Assembly (NCBI GenBank): GCA_963696385.1
Contig: CAVOKF010000003.1
Coordinates: 480,001 to 544,000, forward strand
Reading direction: 5' to 3'
Length of the DNA: 64,000 bases
Source of the DNA: an uncultured delta proteobacterium
Lineage (GTDB): Bacteria; Myxococcota_A; Polyangia; Polyangiales; Polyangiaceae
A model generated the notes under the pieces. The model had not been told where the DNA came from. It saw nothing but the letters and a program-made list of their open reading frames with translations, and did no database searches. How positions within the stretch are numbered: position 1 is the first letter of the stretch; each line of letters begins with the position of its first letter. A program made the position numbers and the translations under genes. Of this stretch, positions 48,090 to 56,171 are shown in pieces.

Positions 48090-51000
48090 ATGACCATCCT
48101 CGTCGTTGCCGAAAAGCCAAGCGTCGCGCGCGACATTGCGCATGTGCTGGGGGCCCGCACCCGGTCCGAAGGCTACTTTCACGGCCCCGGTCACATCGTG
48201 ACATGGGCCCTGGGTCACCTCGTCACGCTGGCCGAGCCGCACGAGATCCATCCCGCGTGGAGAACTTGGCGGCTTGCCAATCTCCCGCTTCTTCCCCCGG
48301 CGTGGCCCTTGGTGGTCGCCGAAGGCACGCGCGCCCAGTTCGAAGTGGTTCGCAATTTGCTGCTGTCAAGCGAAATTCGCACCGTCATTTGCGCTACCGA
48401 TGCGGGTCGCGAGGGAGAGCTCATCTTCCGGTACATCTACGAGGCGGCCGGCGCGACCAAGCCCGTTCGCCGTTTGTGGATCTCGTCGTTGACGCCGGAG
48501 GCCATCGCCGCTGGCTTGCGTACGCTCAAGGATGGGAGCGCGTTCGACCGCCTCGCCGATGCAGCTCGTGGTCGCAGCCGCGCAGACTGGCTGGTCGGGA
48601 TGAACCTGTCGCGAGCGTATAGCGTCCTCCACGACGACAACCTGTCGGTCGGACGCGTGCAGACGCCGACGTTGGCCATGGTCGTGGAACGCGAGATCGG
48701 GATCCGAACCTTCGTGCCCGAGGATTATCTCGAGGTCGTCGCGACCTTCGGCCCGCAGACGCGCGATTTCGATCCCGACGATCCGAAGAGGGAGCGCCAG
48801 ACGTACGAGGGGACGTATCTGCGGGGTGGGACCCGTGAGCGAGACGCGCAGCGCCTGCCGCCGGACGGCAAAGACGCGGCCGCGATCGTCGAGCGCGCCC
48901 AACGCGGCTTCGCACGCATCGAGTCGATCGATCGTCGTTCGCGACACGTGCCGGCACCGGCACTTTACGATCTGACGGAACTCCAGCGTCATGCAAATCG
49001 GATCTACGGGTTTACCGCGCAGCACACGCTCGAGGTCGCGCAGACTCTCTATGAGAAATGGAAGCTTCTGAGTTATCCGCGGACGGACAGCCGACACCTC
49101 TCGAGCGCCGTCGCCGAAACCCTCGCGGCGGTCGTCGGAGCGATCGCCGCTCCCTACCAGGGGCTTGTCGCCGAGGGGACTGGGACACGACCGCTCGGTC
49201 CCCGCTTCGTAGACGACGCACGCGTCACCGACCACCACGCGATCCTTCCGACCGCCACCGTGGCCCCCGCCAGCCTGCCCGCAGACGAGCAAGCGATTTA
49301 CGATCTGGTATGCCGGCGCCTCCTCGCGGCGTGGCACAACAATCACGTCTACGCCGTGACGACGGTGCTCACGACCGTACAGTGGAACGCCGACCGGGAC
49401 CGCTACACGAGCGCGGGAACGAGCATCGAGAACGTGGGGTGGCGCGCGTTGGACCCCCAACCGGCGGGGGCCTCCGAGACTCGTCCGAAGGAAGGCCCAC
49501 GCGCCCCGGACCCATCGTTGCCGGGCGGCCTTGAAGCCGGTCTGCCTCGGCGCGTGGTCAACGCCAGGTCGGTCGCCAAGAGGACCCGACCGCCGCCGCG
49601 CTTCACCGACGGCACGCTGCTGACGGCGATGGAGACAGCGGGACGAACCCTCGACGAAGCCGAGGTCTCTCGTGCCATGCGCGAATGCGGCCTCGGCACA
49701 CCCGCGACACGGGCCGCGATCCTCGAGACTCTGGTTCGACGCGAATACGTCGTGCGCGAGGGAAAGACGCTCCAAGCGACGGACAAGGGAGTGGCGCTCG
49801 TCGAGATCGTGCATGAGCGCGTGAAGAGCCCCGCGATGACGGGCGAATGGGAATCCAAGCTTGCGCGGATCGAGCGCGGCGAGGAAAACCTCGCAAACTT
49901 CATGCGCGAGATCGAGATCTACGTCCGAGACGTCGTGGCAAGTGTGGCGTCGGGCACAGCGACGAGCGCCGGTCCCGATCGCGCGCCCGCCGGAACCCCA
50001 GCATCCCGCTACGTCCGAGACGTCGTGGCGAGTGGGGCGTCGGGCGCGGCGACCAGCACCGATCCGGATCGCCCGCCCGCCGGAACGCCGACACACCGCA
50101 CGGCGCGGTCGAACGACCTCGGCGTTCTGCTACGGACGTCGTTCGGCTTTCCCTCGTTTCGCCCGTACCAGGAAAACGTCTGCGTCGCGGCAGCGACGGG
50201 CAAGGACGTCCTTCTCGTCATGCCGACCGGCGCCGGCAAGTCGCTTTGCTATCAGCTTCCGGGCATCGCCCGCGGAGGAACGACACTCGTCGTGAGCCCG
50301 CTCATTGCGCTGATGGAGGACCAGGTCGCGCAGCTCTCCCGACGCGGCTTCGCCGCCGAGCGGATTCATTCCGGCCGCAATCGCGCAGACTCGCGCGCCG
50401 TATGCCGGGCTTATCTGGACGGCGCACTCGACTTTCTTTTCATCGCACCCGAGCGCCTCAAGGTACCCGGGTTTCCGGAGATGCTGGCGCGCCGCAAGCC
50501 CACGCTGGTGGCGATCGACGAAGCGCACTGCATTTCGCAATGGGGCCACGATTTCCGGCCCGACTACCGGATGCTGGGAGCACGCCTGCCCCTTCTGCGT
50601 CCCGCACCGGTCATCGCCCTCACAGCGACGGCAACCCCGATGGTTCAAGGCGACATCGTCGACGAGCTCCGACTCGAATCGCCGATGCGCTTCATTCACG
50701 GATTCCGTCGAACCAATATCGGCGTCGAAGTGATCGAACGAAGCCCGGGCGTCCGCGCGGACATCGTCCAGCGCCTGCTCGATAAAGCCGAGCGGCGACC
50801 GGCCATCGTCTACGCGCCGACTCGCAAGGAGGCCGAACAGCTTGCTCAAGAGCTGTCTCCGCGATTGCGCGCCGCTGCCTACCACGCGGGGCTTCGCGCC
50901 AGCGCGCGAGACGACGTCCAATCGGCGTTTCTCGGGGGCAAGCTCGACGCGATCGTCGCGACGACCGCGTTTGGAATGGGCATCGACAAGGCCGACGTTC

Positions 51001-52181
51001 GCCTGGTGGTGCACACCGCCCTACCCGCCTCCATCGAAGGGTACTATCAGGAGATTGGCCGCGCCGGACGCGACGGGAGGCCTTCGCGCGCCGTACTGAT
51101 CCATTCGTTCGTCGACACGAAAACACACGAGTTCTTTCTCGAGCGCGACTACCCTGACGCGAGCGTACTCGAGCGAGTGCAGGATGCCCTTTCGGCCGAC
51201 GCGAAATCCATCGCCGACGTCGCCGTGCGTTCTGGGGTGCCGGCCCCGGTCTTCGAGAAAGCGCTCGAGAAGCTCTGGGTCCACGGCGGTGCCCTCGTGG
51301 ACCCCGACGATACCATTCGGCGCGGTGGCGCGGACTGGCGCAGTGCCTACGAACGGCAGCGCGTTCACAAGAGCGAGCAACTCGCCAAGATGCGTCGCTA
51401 CGCGGAAACTCCCTCGTGTCGCATGCTTGCTCTCGTGGCGCACTTTGGCGATCTCAACGACCACGGATCTCCGTGCGGACTTTGCGACGTCTGCGCCCCT
51501 TCCGCGTGCGTCGGGCAGGCCTTTCGGAACCCGAATGCCGCCGAGCAACGCGCGGCGGCGCGCATCCTCGCCGCGCTTCGCGAGCGTGACGGACGGCCCG
51601 CGGGTCAACTGCACCGAGACCTCTTCGGCAACGGCGAGCTCGACCGGCGCTCGCTCGATCATGTGCTGGGAGGCCTTGCTCGATCGTCGCAGGTCACGAT
51701 CACCGGAGACGAGTTCGTGAAGGACGGCGCGACCATCGCCTTCCAGCGCATTTACCTGGGGCCGGCCGGGCGAAAGGCCGACACCCTTGCCGCGACCGAG
51801 ATCCGCATCGCCGTGGTTCCCGACGGCGCGCCTCGCGGAAGCCGGGGCAAGCCGGCCAAGCGAGGCGCCCGCCGACACGGGGCGCCTCCAGCCGCGAAGA
51901 GACGCGACAAGGATTCCGCGCAGCTCAACCATGTCAACCCGTCGAAATCAAGGGACGAAGCCTCGTCGCTCGAAGGAGCGCTGCGCGCGTGGCGCACCAA
52001 GGAAGCGAAGAGACGCGGCGTGCCTGCGTTCCGCATCCTCACGGACCGTACCTTGCTCGGAGTCGTGCGCGCGCGCCCAGCCGACGAAAATGAGCTCCTC
52101 GACGTCACGGGAATAGGGCCTACGCTCCTCGACAAGTACGGCCGTGAGCTCTTGGCGATCGTCGCCCAATCGGAGGCGTGA
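48090..52181 (+). CDS. topB: DNA topoisomerase III - RecQ helicase - HRDC fusion (1363 aa)
   Basis: AEKP, DAGREGE, GRVQTPT, SYPRTDS, GLGTPATRA; then MPTGAGKS, DEAH, SQWGHDFRPDY, TATA, QEIGRAGRDG, CR...CGLCDVC and an HRDC domain, all in one uninterrupted frame. Confidence 0.95.
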   Translation: MTILVVAEKPSVARDIAHVLGARTRSEGYFHGPGHIVTWALGHLVTLAEPHEIHPAWRTWRLANLPLLPPAWPLVVAEGTRAQFEVVRNLLLSSEIRTVICATDAGREGELIFRYIYEAAGATKPVRRLWISSLTPEAIAAGLRTLKDGSAFDRLADAARGRSRADWLVGMNLSRAYSVLHDDNLSVGRVQTPTLAMVVEREIGIRTFVPEDYLEVVATFGPQTRDFDPDDPKRERQTYEGTYLRGGTRERDAQRLPPDGKDAAAIVERAQRGFARIESIDRRSRHVPAPALYDLTELQRHANRIYGFTAQHTLEVAQTLYEKWKLLSYPRTDSRHLSSAVAETLAAVVGAIAAPYQGLVAEGTGTRPLGPRFVDDARVTDHHAILPTATVAPASLPADEQAIYDLVCRRLLAAWHNNHVYAVTTVLTTVQWNADRDRYTSAGTSIENVGWRALDPQPAGASETRPKEGPRAPDPSLPGGLEAGLPRRVVNARSVAKRTRPPPRFTDGTLLTAMETAGRTLDEAEVSRAMRECGLGTPATRAAILETLVRREYVVREGKTLQATDKGVALVEIVHERVKSPAMTGEWESKLARIERGEENLANFMREIEIYVRDVVASVASGTATSAGPDRAPAGTPASRYVRDVVASGASGAATSTDPDRPPAGTPTHRTARSNDLGVLLRTSFGFPSFRPYQENVCVAAATGKDVLLVMPTGAGKSLCYQLPGIARGGTTLVVSPLIALMEDQVAQLSRRGFAAERIHSGRNRADSRAVCRAYLDGALDFLFIAPERLKVPGFPEMLARRKPTLVAIDEAHCISQWGHDFRPDYRMLGARLPLLRPAPVIALTATATPMVQGDIVDELRLESPMRFIHGFRRTNIGVEVIERSPGVRADIVQRLLDKAERRPAIVYAPTRKEAEQLAQELSPRLRAAAYHAGLRASARDDVQSAFLGGKLDAIVATTAFGMGIDKADVRLVVHTALPASIEGYYQEIGRAGRDGRPSRAVLIHSFVDTKTHEFFLERDYPDASVLERVQDALSADAKSIADVAVRSGVPAPVFEKALEKLWVHGGALVDPDDTIRRGGADWRSAYERQRVHKSEQLAKMRRYAETPSCRMLALVAHFGDLNDHGSPCGLCDVCAPSACVGQAFRNPNAAEQRAAARILAALRERDGRPAGQLHRDLFGNGELDRRSLDHVLGGLARSSQVTITGDEFVKDGATIAFQRIYLGPAGRKADTLAATEIRIAVVPDGAPRGSRGKPAKRGARRHGAPPAAKRRDKDSAQLNHVNPSKSRDEASSLEGALRAWRTKEAKRRGVPAFRILTDRTLLGVVRARPADENELLDVTGIGPTLLDKYGRELLAIVAQSEA
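49920..50090 (+). repeat. 90-bp tandem duplication in the Topo-RecQ linker
   Basis: YVRDVVAS.ASG.ATS..PDR.PAGTP occurs twice, starting at 49920 and 50010. Confidence 0.9.
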
Positions 52182-52209
52182 GTGAGGAGAAGCCGATGGC
52201 CTGCCCGAC

Positions 52210-53070
52210 TCAGGGCGCCGTCCCCCACGCAATAGTGGCGCCGATGTCGACCACGATATGCATGTTGGCGGTGAGCTTCGTGTCGTCCATGGCATTGTAC
52301 GAATAGTCGTTCGTCTGCGCGAACTCCATCGAGTAGCTCGGGTCGTGCAGCTCGCCCTTGAAGTAGAAGAAATCTCCAACCGGCACCGAGCCTGCTGCAC
52401 CCGTAAACCTGATCGTCAGTACGCTGTCGGCAGTCGCGGTAGATGGCGTGAAAGCGCTGACCGCGCCCGACACGGCTGCGACCCCAACCGCAGCGTAGGC
52501 ACTGCTGGCGGCGTTGTTGATATACGACGTGTAGACGTCGAAAATGAATCCAGAAAGACCGTCCGCTACAAAATAGTATTTCACGCTGACGGTGCTCAGA
52601 TCCAGCGCGGTCGTCCCCGTATTGACGATTTCAATCTCGAACGCTGCGCCACCGGTTTTCGTGGCATTGTCGGACTCGTACGTCAGCTCGACTGCACACG
52701 TCGTGCACGGGGCAGCCGCCTCCAGCGTCGATGCATCGTCGAGCGCCGACCCATCCTCCAGCGTCGATGCCTCCTCCGTCGTCGACGCATCCTCGGGCGC
52801 CGACGCGTCCGTGGCACTGCTGCTCTCGGAGCTTGTCTGCCCACCGCCACCCGAAGTGCCGGCGTCGTCGCTACTGCTCGATGGGGCATACACCGCGCTG
52901 TTGCCGGTCGACGAGGCACTCGAGCTTGGAACGGGTGCGGACGAAGCGGTCGATGCTTGCGTGACGGGTTGGGCGGTCTTGGCTACGTCGCCCGTGTCGG
53001 CAGCGCATGCGAAGAAGATGGCCGCGGGGACGAAGAACGCAGCGTGCTTAGCGTGACAGGCGTTGCGCAT
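52210..53070 (-). CDS. Lipoprotein with a C-terminal CBM3-like cellulose-binding module
   Basis: I.NTGT..LDLS.V..KYYF, QTNDYSY, WGTAP; lipobox FFAC and a Ser/Asp-rich linker. Confidence 0.8.
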   Translation of the reverse strand: MRNACHAKHAAFFVPAAIFFACAADTGDVAKTAQPVTQASTASSAPVPSSSASSTGNSAVYAPSSSSDDAGTSGGGGQTSSESSSATDASAPEDASTTEEASTLEDGSALDDASTLEAAAPCTTCAVELTYESDNATKTGGAAFEIEIVNTGTTALDLSTVSVKYYFVADGLSGFIFDVYTSYINNAASSAYAAVGVAAVSGAVSAFTPSTATADSVLTIRFTGAAGSVPVGDFFYFKGELHDPSYSMEFAQTNDYSYNAMDDTKLTANMHIVVDIGATIAWGTAP

Positions 53071-53293
53071 GGCGGGAAGCTGCGGGTCGAACGGAGCGCT
53101 CAGCCCAATCGCCGCGCGCCCCAACTCCGACTTTAATGTGGTAGCAAAAGTACGAATCACGTTCCACGACTCCCGCTATGATTCTCGACTCGGTGGTTTC
53201 GCGGTGGGTGTTTGTGTCAGCCCCTTGCGGCCACCACGATGCCGAACATGAGCCGCCCGAGTGCAGAAGAACGGGAAAGGAACCGGAGGATCC

Positions 53294-54652
53294 GTGATTC
53301 GATCTTGGCCTCGCTTTGGGTCGCTCGTCCCGATCCTGTCCGCAGTCTTTTTCGCGTCGCATGCCGCGCTGGGGGCCGCCCACGACGCGGACGCCGCGAA
53401 GCTTCGAGAAGCAGCGATCTATTCGGATTATCTGGCGACGGATTTTGCATCGGCTGAGAAGAAGCTTACGCAGGCTCTCGCGCTTTGCGAGAAGCCGGGC
53501 GACTGTTCATCGGCCGTGCGCGCGCGCCTGCGTTGCGACCTCGGAGTCGTTGAATTCGCGTCTCAGAAGATCGCAGACGGACGTGCACAATTCGCTCTGG
53601 CCGTCAAAGAAGACCCGAACATCGAACTCGACAAGGACCTCACCACGCCCGACCTTCAGAAAGAGCTGGGGGCCGCGAAGGCAAACGGCGCATCCACGCT
53701 TCCGGTTCGAGACGCCGGCCCCCCCGCCGAAGAGACCCAAGAGATCGGCCCCGCGAAGCCCAGCGGGGCATCCAAACCTCCGGCCGGAGACGGCGGTCCC
53801 TCCGCAGAAGTGAATGGATCGGCGGGTGGCGAACCGGCGACGGGGGACGCCAAGGCATCCACGGCGCCGGTGAAGTCCAGCCCTTCCGAGGGCGATTGCC
53901 CCCCCGGCTTCCCGGGTTGCAAGTCCTCCGAATCCAGCGAGTCGTGCAGCAACGACGACGACTGCGGCCCCGGCGAGAAGTGCGACGGCGGAACCTGCAA
54001 GGATACGCACATCACCGGGACGCCGGGCCGGGCCAACTGGCTCAGCCTATCGTTTCAGCTCGATGCGCCTATCTTGCCGGCCAAAAGCAACGTGTGCGCC
54101 GGCAATCAAGGCTACTCGTGCTTCAACACCAACGGCTCTTGGTATTCGCAAACACCGGCCCAGGGCGGCGGGGGCGAAGTCCAGTCCGCGGGACTCCAGC
54201 CCGGCACCATGCGTGTTTTTCTCGGATACGATCGCGCCCTGTTCAACAATGTCACGTTGGGCGGAGCCGTCGGGTTCGCCTTCCACGGGGGCCCGACTCG
54301 CCCCGGCGGAACGGCGTTCCTTCCGGTGAGCGCCGATGTCCGTGCCAAATTCTGGCTCGGTCATTTCCCCCTCGGACGCGCAGGTTTCCGCTTCTATGGC
54401 ATGATCGACGGAGGCTTTGCCGAGGTCGCCGCATCGCTGACGACCTTCGTGTATGCGACGCCGAGCTCACAGCCAGTCGCCAAGGATGCTTGGTACCACA
54501 TGGGCCGCGGATACGCGGGAATCGGCCTCGGCAGCATGTTGGCAATCAATCCGAACATGGGAATTTTCCTCGAATTGCGCGCCATGGAGTTGTTTCCGAC
54601 CGCAGGCACGGCGATTGCCGCCCAGCTCGGCTATGCGCTGAGCCTCTTCTGA
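53294..54652 (+). CDS. Secreted protein (helical N-terminus, Cys-rich middle, beta-barrel-like C-terminus)
   Basis: SD GGAGGA with GTG start, signal peptide, amphipathic beta strands, C-terminal Phe. Confidence 0.75.
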   Translation: MIRSWPRFGSLVPILSAVFFASHAALGAAHDADAAKLREAAIYSDYLATDFASAEKKLTQALALCEKPGDCSSAVRARLRCDLGVVEFASQKIADGRAQFALAVKEDPNIELDKDLTTPDLQKELGAAKANGASTLPVRDAGPPAEETQEIGPAKPSGASKPPAGDGGPSAEVNGSAGGEPATGDAKASTAPVKSSPSEGDCPPGFPGCKSSESSESCSNDDDCGPGEKCDGGTCKDTHITGTPGRANWLSLSFQLDAPILPAKSNVCAGNQGYSCFNTNGSWYSQTPAQGGGGEVQSAGLQPGTMRVFLGYDRALFNNVTLGGAVGFAFHGGPTRPGGTAFLPVSADVRAKFWLGHFPLGRAGFRFYGMIDGGFAEVAASLTTFVYATPSSQPVAKDAWYHMGRGYAGIGLGSMLAINPNMGIFLELRAMELFPTAGTAIAAQLGYALSLF

Positions 54653-54737
54653 ACGAACCATTCCCTTCGCCCGATCGCGGGCCGAGGCGTCTTGGACGGC
54701 TGTCCGCTCCGTATTGGCACCATCGGATCACCGTCGG

Positions 54738-55220
54738 TCAGGCATCCTCAGTCAAATGACGCCGGTTACGCCATGCGAACGCGATGACGGCAATGCTCCC
54801 GCCGAGGCAAGCCAGGTTAATCAAGACTTCCACGGCGACGTTGGCCGCGTTGCCATGCCAGTAGATTCCGTTCTCGACATCGAAAAGGATGTCCATGCTC
54901 GCAAGGTACAACGTGGCGCTCCCGGTCAACAGCATCCACAAAAGCGCGCTGGCCCGACGCCGCTGGAGTGCGAGGGCCGCCAACGCACCAGTCCCCGCCA
55001 TCCAGGCATCCGCGAGCGGAAACGCGTTCTCGTACGCGTAGTACTCGCGGGTATCGGTCGTCGCGAGCCAGCTGCGGTCAATCCCGAACCAGATTACCCA
55101 ATAGGCGGTGGTGGCCCCAGCCCCGAACCATAAGAGCCCCGTCATGAACCGGCGGCTCGAGACCGACGGCGCCTCGGGGGGCGCCTGCGCCGGCCCGGCC
55201 TCTTGCGATGCTGATGTCAT
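54738..55220 (-). CDS. Membrane protein
   Basis: Four TM helices; YENAFPLADAW motif. Confidence 0.7.
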   Translation of the reverse strand: MTSASQEAGPAQAPPEAPSVSSRRFMTGLLWFGAGATTAYWVIWFGIDRSWLATTDTREYYAYENAFPLADAWMAGTGALAALALQRRRASALLWMLLTGSATLYLASMDILFDVENGIYWHGNAANVAVEVLINLACLGGSIAVIAFAWRNRRHLTEDA

Positions 55221-55312
55221 GTTGGTGCCGCCGCTACCCTACGCGATGGCTCCTCGGCCGGAAACGTTGTTTGGCAGACGACGCGGTGACGGCCGCGCAC
55301 ACGCTCGATTCG

Positions 55313-55918
55313 CTACGGCATGATGAACTCGGCGTGCCGGCGAACGTGATGGCACGCCGGATGAGGGCACCCGGTACCTTGCGCAGAAAGCGTGAGCCAC
55401 GTGACAACCCCCATCGCGACCGAGACCGCGACCAGCGCGCCGACGTTCCACCGGAGCGCGGCGGCCGCTGCAACCGGGGATCCGGACGCGACTACCTCGA
55501 ACTGCTCGGTCGAGCGGTACGGCGCTTCCGACGGCACGGCGCACACCCAGTCGTCTCCGAGCCCGAAGTCAATCCCGGGTTGAGACGGCGGCTGACCGCG
55601 GCGCCAGCGCCGTGCCTCCCGCGCCGCGCAAGCCCAGGCAAGCGAGACGAGGGCCAGCGTCACGAGCAGAGCCGCGAACGCGGCGAGAGTGAGCGCCTCG
55701 AGGATGCGGTCAAAGTCCGGCGACTCGGCACGGGGCGAGGCGAGGCACCACAAGAATGCGGTAGGCAACAGCACCCACGCCGCGATGGCGCTTTGAACGT
55801 CCGATCGGTGGACCCTCGAGCCTCGCCGGGCACGGGCCAGCCGATGCATCGTTGCGCACATGAAGACGAGCGCGGGCAGGAACATGATGGTGATCCCTCG
55901 GTCGGCCAAGACAAGCAT
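55313..55918 (-). CDS. Hypothetical membrane protein (start uncertain)
   Basis: Hydrophobic segments plus DFGLGD and PYR motifs. Confidence 0.45.
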   Translation of the reverse strand: MLVLADRGITIMFLPALVFMCATMHRLARARRGSRVHRSDVQSAIAAWVLLPTAFLWCLASPRAESPDFDRILEALTLAAFAALLVTLALVSLAWACAAREARRWRRGQPPSQPGIDFGLGDDWVCAVPSEAPYRSTEQFEVVASGSPVAAAAALRWNVGALVAVSVAMGVVTWLTLSAQGTGCPHPACHHVRRHAEFIMP

Positions 55919-56171
55919 GACATTCAGGCGGCGCGGCGCACGCCACTCCGAGCACGTCTCGAACCGCCGCTCGCGTACGCCGGAGACGACCACGGGTCGC
56001 CCGGGCGACCCGTGACACCGCGCGGCAAACCGACCCGATGGACAGGGTGGGCGAAAAAATCCAGCCACAGAGTCCACCATCGCTGAGATCCGGATCGTGC
56101 CGCAATCGACGCGAATCTCGGACAGGAGCGCCCCGCCCCGACAGCGCGCCGTCCACCTCTGCCGCCTCCGA

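Noticed and set aside
48090..52181. Reverse gyrase
   Set aside because: The domain order is opposite and the helicase has RecQ-specific motifs plus HRDC.
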